Source of the DNA: an uncultured Solirubrobacterales bacterium
Lineage (GTDB): Bacteria > Actinomycetota > Thermoleophilia > Solirubrobacterales > 70-9
Assembly (NCBI GenBank): GCA_963716735.1
Contig: OY970321.1
Coordinates: 2,210,021-2,274,020 of the forward strand
Length of the DNA stretch: 64,000 nucleotides
Direction of reading: 5' to 3'
Made by a program: the position numbers and the translations under genes. This document shows, one piece after another, positions 18,187-26,983 of this stretch. Every line of letters starts with the position of its first letter. Position 1 is the first letter of the stretch. The notes beneath the pieces were generated by a model that was given only the letters and a program-made list of their open reading frames with translations, made no database searches and had not been told where the DNA came from.

Positions 18187-19287
18187 CTAGGCGCCTGCAA
18201 ATGCCTCGCTGAGCGCTCGTGACGCCACTTCGAGACTGTTGTGGGTCTCGACCCGATGCCGTAGGTCCCGGAGAGCCACCTCGTCGATACCAAGGACCTC
18301 TCTCCATAGCTGGGTCGTGTCTTCCGTTGTCCGTGGATCGCCAAAGGGATCGCGAGCCGCCTCGTCATAGCGATCGGGGGTGAGCACAGCGCCGGAGGCG
18401 CTGTTGGCGCCGAACGGGCGAGCGATGACGACTCGCCGTCCCAGCGCCGCGGCCTCTAGCGTCGTCGTTCCTTGGGCGACGACGAGATCGGAGTCGGCGA
18501 GCCTGGCGATCTGGTCCCTGGGAGCTCCCTCAACTCGCCAGGAGCCGGAGGGGAGGCGGCGCTCGCACAGGGTGATCGCATCCTCCCTCAAGGGGCCTTC
18601 GCCGGCAATCGTCAGCCGGCACGGATGGCCGGCGCTGAGTCGCTCGCGCACGAGCTCCACCGCCAGCCGGAAGATTGCCGTCTTGTCTGGAGCCAGCCGG
18701 GTCATCGCCAGCACCTCTTTCCCTTCTCCCGAGTTTGGGCGGAAGGGCAGCGAAGGCAGAGGGACCGATGGAGGCAGAATCCGCAGCGCTTCCGGGGGCA
18801 GGCCGTACGCGGTAGCCACCTTCCGCCGGTGCGCTTCACCGCGCACGAGCGCGACGGCATGCGGCTCGGCGACGACACGTTCGACCGTCCGCCTCGCTTT
18901 CATCGGCGTCGGCGGTGCGAGCCAGCGAGTCATCGTCTGCGGGGCCTGGTGCATGGCGAGCGCTGCGCGCCCGCATGCGTCCAGGACCCACGGGAAGTTG
19001 TCCATCGCTCCCTGTTCCCATTCGACGATTGCCACGTCGTGTTCCGCGATGGCGGCTTTGACGCCACCGCGAACGCCGTTCTCATCCCATGACGTCGGGA
19101 CCACCTCGATACCGGCCGCGCGCGCGGGCTCGGCAAGGGGGCCTTGCGGGGCAAATATCGTTGTCCGTCCCCCCTGTGCCGCGTGGCGCTCGAGCAGGCG
19201 GATCCACTGCCAGGTGGAACCGCCTGCAGCGAGGCTGTGCAGCAGGCAGCAGATCGCGGTTTCCCCCAGCTCCCCGCGATCCTCCAT
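18187..19287 (-). CDS. Glycosyltransferase, GT-B fold (GT4/GT1-like)
   Basis: Start taken at ATG 19287 (MEDRGELGETAICCLLHSLAAGGSTWQW). C-terminal half: VLAMTRLAPDKT...LTIAGEGPL...ADSDLVVAQGTTTLEAAALGRRVV. The ORF track N-terminal extension to 19713 is antisense to the acetyltransferase gene. Confidence 0.7.
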   Translation of the reverse strand: MEDRGELGETAICCLLHSLAAGGSTWQWIRLLERHAAQGGRTTIFAPQGPLAEPARAAGIEVVPTSWDENGVRGGVKAAIAEHDVAIVEWEQGAMDNFPWVLDACGRAALAMHQAPQTMTRWLAPPTPMKARRTVERVVAEPHAVALVRGEAHRRKVATAYGLPPEALRILPPSVPLPSLPFRPNSGEGKEVLAMTRLAPDKTAIFRLAVELVRERLSAGHPCRLTIAGEGPLREDAITLCERRLPSGSWRVEGAPRDQIARLADSDLVVAQGTTTLEAAALGRRVVIARPFGANSASGAVLTPDRYDEAARDPFGDPRTTEDTTQLWREVLGIDEVALRDLRHRVETHNSLEVASRALSEAFAGA

Positions 19288-19305
19288 GCCGGGATAATCG
19301 CAAGC

Positions 19306-19968
19306 TTGAACTCCCTGAGTCGATCCGATCTGGCCCCCAACCTCCTGCTCGGTGTCGGGGTGGAGATCGGCAGCGGGGTCGAGATCGGCGCGAACGTCAT
19401 CGTCCATGACGACGTGAGCATCGGAGAGGGTGTGCGGATCGATCACGGTGCGGTGCTCGGCCGGCCGGGCCGGGTGAGCCGCGGTTCCCGCCGCACCCCG
19501 CCCATGGGTGGGCAGACGGCGATCGGCGAGGAATCGACCGTCTGCGCCTACGCGATCGTCGAGGCCGGGGCCCGGCTGGGCGCTCACTCCCTGATCGGCG
19601 ATCACGCCGCCATCCGGGAAGGGACGACGATCGGCGTCGACGTCGCGGTGGGCTATGGCAGCGTCGTGAGGCACGACGTCGAGCTCCATGACGGAGTGCG
19701 CATGCAGGCGCACTGCACCGTCGGCACCGGGGTCGTGATCGAGCGGGACTCCTTCCTCGGACCGGGGGTTCAGATCCTCACCGGAAGAATCATGACCACC
19801 GACGCCCGTCGCCCCGCCCCGCGCCTTTGTCGTGGCTGTCAGATCGGTGCCGGAGCGCAGGTCCTTCCGGGCGTTGAGATCGGCGAGGGAGCGGTTGTGG
19901 GCGCGGCGGCCGTGGTGACGACAGATGTTCCGCCGGGCGCGGTCGTAAAGGGTATGCCGGCCCGGTAG
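19306..19968 (+). CDS. Left-handed beta-helix (hexapeptide-repeat) acyl/acetyltransferase
   Basis: Repeated [LIV]-G-x-x-x-x units: VEIGSGVEIGANVIVHDDVSIGEGVRIDHGAVLG...IGAGAQVLPGVEIGEGAVVGAAAVV. The start is uncertain. TTG 19306 is the first in-frame start beyond the divergent GT gene. Confidence 0.7.
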   Translation: MNSLSRSDLAPNLLLGVGVEIGSGVEIGANVIVHDDVSIGEGVRIDHGAVLGRPGRVSRGSRRTPPMGGQTAIGEESTVCAYAIVEAGARLGAHSLIGDHAAIREGTTIGVDVAVGYGSVVRHDVELHDGVRMQAHCTVGTGVVIERDSFLGPGVQILTGRIMTTDARRPAPRLCRGCQIGAGAQVLPGVEIGEGAVVGAAAVVTTDVPPGAVVKGMPAR

Positions 19969-19975
19969 TGGCGGA

Positions 19976-20797
19976 CTAGCGCTCCGGAGAGCAAGGGGCC
20001 GAGATGTGGCCTTTGAGCGCCGTCGTTGACGCCACCCCTGGCGCCCGGGCTTCGTTGCGGAAGAGGACCTTCGACGCGGTCGCCTGAAGCTCTCCGCTGG
20101 GGCATTTGGCGGCGAGATAGCTGCGTTTGGTCCCCTTGCTCATGAAGCGCCGCTCGACCCTGAACCTGAAGTCGAGCAGCGAGCCGTCTCCTTCGAGGAT
20201 GGACGGCAGTTTCCAGACCGTGTGCAGCCCAGAGTGCCTCCGCTGGATCTTTACGGTGCCGACCAGCGGCATCAGGCCGGGCACGGAAATCGCGCCGTGG
20301 ACGAAGAGCCTCGTCTCGCCGCCTGAGCTGCCGCCGCTGAAGAGCGTCAGGGGAGATTCGATGACGGCGTCCGAGGATGCGAACCCGATGTGGGCCACAC
20401 CGCTGCCGACGATCGCCTTGCGGCAAAGGCGCCGCGCCGCCGCAACCCTCTTGCCCTCGAGCTTTTGCCGCGCGCAGGCTGGCAACCCGGCAGTATCGAT
20501 TCCCACATCCTTGGGAATGTCGACGATCGCTTCGCGCAGGGCAGATGGGTGGCCCCCTTCCTCCACGGCGATCTTGCCGTGGACCTCGAACCCGACGGGT
20601 GCCAACTCACCCTTTGGCAGGACCTTCGGCGTGACGGCGCCTCCGAAGTCGACTTCAATACGCCCGCCAGCGCAGCCGTCCCTTAGGGAGTTCGATCGAA
20701 GGCAAGTGCTGACATAGCGCTGTGCTGTAGCGCCCGCAGCAACGCTGACCGCTATCAGTGCGATCACCGATACAAGGCTCACCACAATGCGCTTCAT
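19976..20797 (-). CDS. Secreted hypothetical protein (signal peptide, Cys-containing)
   Basis: ATG 20797 gives MKRIVVSLVSVIALIAVSVAAGATA and forms an ATGA overlap with the upstream GT2 stop. I recognise no family motif. Confidence 0.6.
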   Translation of the reverse strand: MKRIVVSLVSVIALIAVSVAAGATAQRYVSTCLRSNSLRDGCAGGRIEVDFGGAVTPKVLPKGELAPVGFEVHGKIAVEEGGHPSALREAIVDIPKDVGIDTAGLPACARQKLEGKRVAAARRLCRKAIVGSGVAHIGFASSDAVIESPLTLFSGGSSGGETRLFVHGAISVPGLMPLVGTVKIQRRHSGLHTVWKLPSILEGDGSLLDFRFRVERRFMSKGTKRSYLAAKCPSGELQATASKVLFRNEARAPGVASTTALKGHISAPCSPER

Positions 20798-21678
20798 ACC
20801 TGGTGGCGATCCTTGATAGCGGTGATCGCCAGGCTCGTCGCCAGTTTGGCACCGATGCCTGCATAGACAGCGGCGTTGAGCAGGGGGTTGTGCGAGGGGG
20901 CGTCGAAGCGGCGGTAGAAGCGGCCCATGCCCTGGTGGAAGGCGATTTCCTGGCGGGGAGCTCGTCGGCCGGAGCTCGAGCCGCCCTTGACGTGCAGGGC
21001 CGTGCCGGCTGGCTCGTAGAAGACCTTCCAGCCGGCGTCCCAGAAGCGGTGGCACCAGTCGAGGTCCTCCATGTAGAGCCAGTAGCCCTCGTCGAGCAGG
21101 CCGACCTCGCGCACCGCCTCGGCTCGGCAGAGCATGAAGGCGCCGTTGACCGCGTCGACCTCGCCCGGCTCGTCGTCGCCCAGTTGCGTCGCCCGGTACT
21201 GGCTGAGCGCCCCGGAGGCGCCGTCGGTGCGACCGATGCCGGTGAAATGGGCGAGGGCACTGAGGGGGGTGGGAAACGAGCGCTTGCAGGCATGGTCGAG
21301 CTCACCCGACTCGGTAACCAGCTTGGCGCCGACGATCCCGATCCGCTCCTCGCTCCAGAGCCTCCTCAGCACCGCTTCGAGCGTTCCGGCATACACCTCG
21401 GTATCGGGGTTGAGTAGCAGCACCGCCTCCGCCTCGCTGTCGCGCAGCGCAAGGTTGTTCGCCGCGGAGAAGCCGATGTTGGCCTCACGGATCAGGCGCA
21501 CCGCCGGGAACTCCCGCTCGACCATGTCCGGGGTCGAGTCGGGGCTGCCGCTGTCGACCACGGTGACCGACATCCCACCCGCCGGCGGGTGAAGCTCCAG
21601 TGAGCGCAGGCAGCGTCGCAACATCTCTTCGGCGCTGTGACTGACGACGATCGTCTCGAGTGCGATGGAATCGGACAT
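20794..21678 (-). CDS. Glycosyltransferase family 2 (rhamnosyltransferase-like)
   Basis: IVVSHSAEEMLRRCLRSL...VTVVDSGSPDST...GFSAANNLAL...LLLNPDT...EDLDWCHR. Confidence 0.85.
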   Translation of the reverse strand: MSDSIALETIVVSHSAEEMLRRCLRSLELHPPAGGMSVTVVDSGSPDSTPDMVEREFPAVRLIREANIGFSAANNLALRDSEAEAVLLLNPDTEVYAGTLEAVLRRLWSEERIGIVGAKLVTESGELDHACKRSFPTPLSALAHFTGIGRTDGASGALSQYRATQLGDDEPGEVDAVNGAFMLCRAEAVREVGLLDEGYWLYMEDLDWCHRFWDAGWKVFYEPAGTALHVKGGSSSGRRAPRQEIAFHQGMGRFYRRFDAPSHNPLLNAAVYAGIGAKLATSLAITAIKDRHQV

Positions 21679-21685
21679 GTGCAGC

Positions 21686-22612
21686 TCAGGTCCCCTCGTA
21701 GCGGCGGCGGATCTTCTCCAGGGCGGGACGATGGGCGGGATCGCGCGACATGCGATTGGGCGCGTCCATTACGTAGGCGTGGGAGAGCGCGGGTATCGCC
21801 AGCGCCTCCCGGTCGGTGGTGAGGCGGAGCAGCATCTCCCAATCCTCTGCGGTCGAGGCATCTTCGGCGAAGCGCGCCTCCTCGAGAACGCGACGATGGG
21901 CGAGCGCTCCGATGTCGGTGACGTTCTCCCTGAGCAACGTCTCGCGCGACCAGGGAAGTTGCCAGAACGACGGCCACCAGCCGTGCTCGCCGAGATCGTC
22001 CGGGATCCTGTGTTCGGCGATCGAGACGCCGTAGGCGATGTCAACGTCCTCGCGCTTCGAGAAGACGTGGGCGACCGCTTGAAGCCAGCCGGGATGCATC
22101 ACGTTATCGTCGTCGAGGTAACAGACGATCTCCCCGCTTGCGTGGTCCAGGCCGGTATTGCGGGCACCGCTCACGCCACGACCTGGACCCACGACGAAGG
22201 TCAGGCGGTCGTCGTCGATCGCCTCGACTACTTTGGGCGTCTCGGGGTTTTTGCCATCGTCCACGACCAGCAGCTGCCAGCGTTCGTAGCGCTGGGCAAG
22301 CACGGATCGAATTGCACGAGCGAGCAGTTGGGGCCTGTCGTGGGTCGTGAGGATGACCGACAACTGCGGGCCCGTCGTCGGTGGCAGCAGCTCCAGCCAC
22401 GACATGAAGGCGAGCATCCTGGTCGGCAGCGACATGTCTTGTGCCACTTCGAGCGCGTAATCGCCGCGGCCTTTGGCTTCCTTTGCGAGGGTGTCGATAC
22501 GGTCGATCTCGTTACGTAGCTCGGCGAGGATCTGCGCGGGTGCAGGCGGCGGCTCGGCCTGTGGTTCAGCTGCCCTTCTCCGTCTCGGCAGCCAGCTCAG
22601 CAGGCGATTCAT
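21686..22612 (-). CDS. Glycosyltransferase family 2 with N-terminal helical segment
   Basis: LSVILTTHDRPQLLARAIRSVLAQRYERWQLLVVDDGKN...GARNTGLDHASGEIVCYLDDDN. N-terminus: LLSWLPRRRR followed by ILAELRNEIDRIDTLAKEAK. Confidence 0.85.
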   Translation of the reverse strand: MNRLLSWLPRRRRAAEPQAEPPPAPAQILAELRNEIDRIDTLAKEAKGRGDYALEVAQDMSLPTRMLAFMSWLELLPPTTGPQLSVILTTHDRPQLLARAIRSVLAQRYERWQLLVVDDGKNPETPKVVEAIDDDRLTFVVGPGRGVSGARNTGLDHASGEIVCYLDDDNVMHPGWLQAVAHVFSKREDVDIAYGVSIAEHRIPDDLGEHGWWPSFWQLPWSRETLLRENVTDIGALAHRRVLEEARFAEDASTAEDWEMLLRLTTDREALAIPALSHAYVMDAPNRMSRDPAHRPALEKIRRRYEGT

Positions 22613-22636
22613 GAGCGACCCGGTTGCTCCATGGCC

Positions 22637-24022
22637 CTATCTCATCATGTCGCGGGCTGCACGGAGGACGTTCAGAACTCTCCATCCCCGGGTCGCATGG
22701 ACCGCGGCGAGCTCGCGCTCGGCGTCCTCGGCGCGCTGCTGTGCCGTCGCCAGCTCAGCCTCGAGCCCGGAGATCTCCAGGCTCTCGGCAAGCGCCACCG
22801 ACAGTGCGGCGCGTCCTCGCTCGAAGCGCTCGGCGACCTGCCGCGACTGTGTCCGCAGATGCGAGACGAGCTCAGTACGAGTTGGCCCGTCGACAAGGGC
22901 CTCGACCGCGGCCGGGGCGTCCTCCGCGGTGCCTGGAATGCCCACTCTGCCCGGTTCAAGCTGGAAAAGATCGCGCAGGCCGGCCGCCTTCTGCGCGTAG
23001 TAGTCGTTCTGAGCCAGCATCACCGCGGGGATGCCGGCAAGCAGCGAGGTGAGGGTCACGTGGTAGGAGCAGCTCACGGTGAGCCGCGCGCGCCGGAACT
23101 GCGACAGGCTATGGCCGATCGCGTCATCCAGGATGTCGAGCGGCTCTATCGGCCTCAGGCCCACCTCTTCCAGTTGGTCGCCCTCCCTCTCGAGGAGGTC
23201 CGCGACGACCGAGCGCTCGGACACCCGCGGGTCCTCGTAGGCGATCACCGGCTGGAGCTGGAGCGGCTCGCTGCTCGCAGCCGCCAGCTCCTTCACGAGG
23301 GCGACGATCCTGTTCTGGATTCCCTCGGCATCGTCACTCACCCACTCGCCGTCGTTCACGTGGAGGTTGACCATGGCGCCGCTCTCCACGGTTTGCTTCT
23401 CCAGGAAGGGAAGCGCGTCGTCCCCGGCCAGCTCGACGCGATCAGCGACGGCAGGTACCTGCCGTCGCAGGTAGCGCAGCGAGTCGATGTCGCGCACCCC
23501 AATCCAGGAGGCGCGGGAGAGAAGGTCATGCGCGGGTCCATCTGGAGCGATCGCGGCCTCGTCTACCTGGAGGCCAGAGGCGACCACGGGTAGGGGGCGT
23601 CCGCCGAGAAGGTGCTGGGCAGCATTCGCGTGCGCGGTCTTGCGGACTCCCCACCATCGGTTCAGGTGGCCGCCCCCGTAGATGTAGAGGGCGGCCTTTA
23701 CGGAATCGTCTCGAAGCGTCTCCAGCTCGACCAAGCCAGCTTCGGGAGCGCCGGAGTGGTCCTGAAAGAACGCGAACGCGGCCCCCTCAAAACGCTCGGC
23801 GTAGCGTCCCATTAACTCGCTGTGATGCTCTCGCGTCTCCCACTCGACGATGGCGACTGGGAGGGGCGACCTCGGCAGTCGCTTCACCGTCTCGATCGCA
23901 GTCGCCAGCTGCAATACGTCGCCGTAGTTCCCCGAGCCGTCGTAGCCGCCGACGAGAAACAGCACGGATTCCGCATCCATCACCTGTTTGTTGTCGGCGG
24001 GAGATGCCCAGAGAGACGGCAT
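22637..24022 (-). CDS. Polysaccharide pyruvyl transferase family protein with C-terminal coiled coil
   Basis: VLFLVGGYDGSGNYGDVLQL (GxxNxGD), IGVRDIDSLRYL (RDxxS), SCSYHVTLTSLLAGIPAV. Last ~45 aa: ISGLEAELATAQQRAEDAERELAAVHATRGWRVLNVLRAARDMMR. Confidence 0.8.
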   Translation of the reverse strand: MPSLWASPADNKQVMDAESVLFLVGGYDGSGNYGDVLQLATAIETVKRLPRSPLPVAIVEWETREHHSELMGRYAERFEGAAFAFFQDHSGAPEAGLVELETLRDDSVKAALYIYGGGHLNRWWGVRKTAHANAAQHLLGGRPLPVVASGLQVDEAAIAPDGPAHDLLSRASWIGVRDIDSLRYLRRQVPAVADRVELAGDDALPFLEKQTVESGAMVNLHVNDGEWVSDDAEGIQNRIVALVKELAAASSEPLQLQPVIAYEDPRVSERSVVADLLEREGDQLEEVGLRPIEPLDILDDAIGHSLSQFRRARLTVSCSYHVTLTSLLAGIPAVMLAQNDYYAQKAAGLRDLFQLEPGRVGIPGTAEDAPAAVEALVDGPTRTELVSHLRTQSRQVAERFERGRAALSVALAESLEISGLEAELATAQQRAEDAERELAAVHATRGWRVLNVLRAARDMMR

Positions 24023-24055
24023 TACACCCCGACCCTACGCGTTCGGACTCTGTCC

Positions 24056-25228
24056 CTATGGGGCGGCGGTGACCGCGGCGGCCTCATGGGCGTGCCTCGA
24101 AACCGACTCGATCACCCGATCGATGCGCTCTTCGCCCATGCCCGACCACAGTGGCAATCTCAGCAGGCGAGCACTCGCCGAGGGCGCGACCTCGATCGGC
24201 CCGGCGGCGCGCCCGAATCGACGACCGGCCGGTGACTCATGCAGAGGGCTGTAATGAAACACGCTCTTGATGCCGTCCCTGTCCAGGCGCTCGATCAGCT
24301 CGTCCCGAGCGGAAGCGCTTGGCATCAGCAGGTGATAGAGATGACCACTGTGCTCACATCCATCGGGAACGAAAGGACGCCGCAGAGCACCCTCCTCCTC
24401 CAGATCCGCGAAGGCATCGTGGTAGCGGTCCCAGGTCCCCCGTCGCTCCGCGGTTATCTCATCTAGTCGCTCGAGTTGTGCCCATAGAAACGCCGCACCG
24501 ACCTCGCTCATGAGGTATGAGGACCCCAGGTCCTGCCAGGTGTACTTGTCTACCTCTCCTCGGAAGAACCGGGATCTGTCGGTGCCCTTCTCCTGAACGA
24601 CCTCCGCCCGGTCGATCAAGGTCGGATCGTTTATCGCCAGCGCTCCACCCTCACCGCAGTGAACGTTCTTGGTCTCATGAAAACTGAACGTCGACAGGTG
24701 CCCGATCGATCCGAGCGGGCGCTCGCGCCAAGTTGCCGGAAGCGAATGAGCCGCATCCTCGATCAGGACGAGATCGTGCTGGTCGACGAGAGACGTGATG
24801 CGGCCCATGTCGCAGGCGATCCCGCCGTAGTGGACGACCACGATGGCCCGGGTGCGTGGGGTGATGGCGGCCGCTGCTGCGTCGGGATCGATGTTGAGGG
24901 TCTCTGGCTCGGAATCGACGAAGACGGGTACCGCTCCCCTAAGCGCAAAAGCGTTGGCGGTGGAGACGAAAGTGAAGGACGGCATGACGACCTCGTCCCC
25001 GGGTCCGAGTCCGGCGAGGATGCCCGTCATCTCCAGGGCTGCGGTGCACGAGGGAGTGATCAGGGCACGATCCGCACCCAGGCGGCGCTCGAGCGAAGCG
25101 CAGCAGCGCACGGCGAACTCTCCGTTCCCAGAGAGCTTTCCGCTCAATAGAGCCTCGTCGATGTAGGCGTGCTCATTGCCGGCGAGGCGAGGCCGGTTGA
25201 ATGGAATCGCCTCGTTCATCGGAGGCAT
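24056..25228 (-). CDS. wecE: dTDP-4-amino-4,6-dideoxyhexose (Fuc4N/Qui4N) aminotransferase, DegT/WecE family
   Basis: Collinear with my recollection of E. coli WecE: IPFNRP...TPSCTAALEM...MPSFTFVSTANAF...FSFHETKN (PLP Lys)...EKGTDRSRFFRGEVDKYTWQDLGSSYLMSE...LLRLPLW. The start is taken at ATG 25228 (MPPMNEAIPFN); ATG 25252 is an alternative. Confidence 0.88.
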   Translation of the reverse strand: MPPMNEAIPFNRPRLAGNEHAYIDEALLSGKLSGNGEFAVRCCASLERRLGADRALITPSCTAALEMTGILAGLGPGDEVVMPSFTFVSTANAFALRGAVPVFVDSEPETLNIDPDAAAAAITPRTRAIVVVHYGGIACDMGRITSLVDQHDLVLIEDAAHSLPATWRERPLGSIGHLSTFSFHETKNVHCGEGGALAINDPTLIDRAEVVQEKGTDRSRFFRGEVDKYTWQDLGSSYLMSEVGAAFLWAQLERLDEITAERRGTWDRYHDAFADLEEEGALRRPFVPDGCEHSGHLYHLLMPSASARDELIERLDRDGIKSVFHYSPLHESPAGRRFGRAAGPIEVAPSASARLLRLPLWSGMGEERIDRVIESVSRHAHEAAAVTAAP

Positions 25229-25250
25229 CGTATTGCCGCTGCGCTCTAGC

Positions 25251-26255
25251 ATGTCGCCGATGGGTCCCTACGACGCACGCCGGGCGGCATCCGGCGCCGA
25301 AGCAGACCCTGCACTGAGCATCGTGATTCCTCTTTACCGGGACGAGGCAGCCGTTGCGGAGATCTTTCGTCGCTGTCAGCCGGTGCTCGATCAGGTCGGC
25401 GGCGAGCTGATTCTTGTCGACGACGGCGGTCTCGATGAGACGTCCCCCCGCGCTCGGGCGTTGGCGGAGACGTATCCGCACCCAGTGGTCGTCGTGCGGC
25501 TTGCGCGGAACTTCGGTCAGCACCCCGCGGTCTTCGCCGGACTCGCACACGCCTCCGGCAGGTGCGTCGTAACTCTGGACAGCGACCTGCAGTACCCGCC
25601 CGAGGAGATCATGACTTTGCTTGCCGAGTTGTCGGATGCGTACCCGGTGGTTTCGGGATACAGACAGGATCGACAGGATCCGTTGCCGCGACGGCTGGTG
25701 ACGCGCCTGCTGACGGGTTGGCTGAACAGGCGCACCGGGACCGATCTCAACGACTTCGGATCGATGTTCAGGGTCTACGACCGGGCGACCGTCGACCTGA
25801 TGCTCGAATTCACCGAGAGGCATCGGTACGTCCCGGCGATAGTCGCCTGGCTCGGTGTTCCCATAAAAGAGGTGCCGATCGAGCACCATGCGCGAGGAGA
25901 CCAGGGCTCTCGCTATCGGCTCTCGACTCTGCTCGATCTGCTCCTCGATCTGATCACCGGATACTCGGTGTTCCCCCTCCGCCTACTCACCGGCGTCGGC
26001 CTTGTCGCGTCTCTTGCCGGGTTTCTCGGTACCGTCTTCTTCCTCGTCTACCGCTTGTTTGAGGGCAGCGGCGTGTCCGGAACCGTCTCGGCTTTTGCCC
26101 TCGTCTTTGCGTTGCTCGGCGTTCAGTTGTTGATTACGGCCCTGATAGGGGAGTACGTCGGCCGGGTTTACACCGAGGCGAAGGGGCGCCCCTACTATCT
26201 GGTCCGCGATGTGACTCGGAGTGACAGTCACGTCACTGCGCCAACCCCCTCGTGA
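25251..26255 (+). CDS. GT2 polyprenol-phosphate glycosyltransferase (ArnC/GtrB/CsbB-like, two C-terminal TM helices)
   Basis: LSIVIPLYRDEAAV...LILVDDGGLDET...LARNFGQHPAVFAGL...VTLDSDLQYPPE. C-terminus: FPLRLLTGVGLVASLAGFLGTVFFLVY and AFALVFALLGVQLLITALIGEY. Start ATG 25251, or 25260. Confidence 0.82.
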   Translation: MSPMGPYDARRAASGAEADPALSIVIPLYRDEAAVAEIFRRCQPVLDQVGGELILVDDGGLDETSPRARALAETYPHPVVVVRLARNFGQHPAVFAGLAHASGRCVVTLDSDLQYPPEEIMTLLAELSDAYPVVSGYRQDRQDPLPRRLVTRLLTGWLNRRTGTDLNDFGSMFRVYDRATVDLMLEFTERHRYVPAIVAWLGVPIKEVPIEHHARGDQGSRYRLSTLLDLLLDLITGYSVFPLRLLTGVGLVASLAGFLGTVFFLVYRLFEGSGVSGTVSAFALVFALLGVQLLITALIGEYVGRVYTEAKGRPYYLVRDVTRSDSHVTAPTPS

Positions 26256-26983
26256 CCGAGAGCGCTCTCGACGAAGAGATTGAGCTGCTTCGCTGGGACA
26301 GCGAGCATTTCAGGTTTCCCATTGCACGGGTATGTGACCCCACGGGCCCTGCGCGGATGAGTACAGCGGTTGACGTCGCCGAAAGCCGGGGCGTTCGTTG
26401 TCTCACTGCGCTGGTGAAAGCGGATCGAGTTGATGTCATTACCACCGCTGAGGATCTCGGGTTCCGCTGCTATGACGTCCGGACTGACCTCGACCGGCAA
26501 ATCGATGGTTCGCATGACATGTCGGCTGACCAGGGCCTTCGGCTTGCCACCGAATCTGATCTTCCTCACCTAGAGCCCATCGCGCGGGAGCGGTTCTCCG
26601 CTACTCGATTTGTCAGTGATTCGCACTTCCCGAGTGAGCTTGCAAGGAACCTCTATGTGGAGTGGCTTAGGCGAGGACATCGGGATGCGGGCCGCCGGTT
26701 GATCACGGCGAGCGGGCTGGACGGATTCGTCGTCTGCCGCCTCGATGGCGAAAGTGGGGTCGGTACCATTGAGTTGATCGCCGTGTCAGCGGAAGCAGAG
26801 GGTACGGGGCTCGCCGCGCGACTACTGCATGGAGCCGAGTCGCTCTTTATGGATGCGGGACTCGCGCGCGCTCATGTGGTGACCCAGGGACGTAATCTGT
26901 CGGCACAGAGGCTGTACCAGCGCCACGGCTATCGCACTGGAGACGTAAGCCTGTGGCTTCACCGGTGGGCGCCTAGCCGCTGA
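26252..26983 (+). CDS. wecD: dTDP-4-amino-4,6-dideoxyhexose N-acetyltransferase (WecD-like two-domain GNAT)
   Basis: Architecture and motifs parallel my recollection of E. coli WecD. LRWDSEHFRFPIARV matches LTWENAFFG. RFVSDSHFPSELARNLYVEWLRRG matches RFRAPWY...YAQWIENA. VVTQGRNLSAQRLYQRHGYRTGDVSLWLHRW matches VATQMGNTAALKRYIQSGA...YWLYR. The GTG start overlaps the upstream stop (GTGA). Confidence 0.7.
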   Translation: MTESALDEEIELLRWDSEHFRFPIARVCDPTGPARMSTAVDVAESRGVRCLTALVKADRVDVITTAEDLGFRCYDVRTDLDRQIDGSHDMSADQGLRLATESDLPHLEPIARERFSATRFVSDSHFPSELARNLYVEWLRRGHRDAGRRLITASGLDGFVVCRLDGESGVGTIELIAVSAEAEGTGLAARLLHGAESLFMDAGLARAHVVTQGRNLSAQRLYQRHGYRTGDVSLWLHRWAPSR

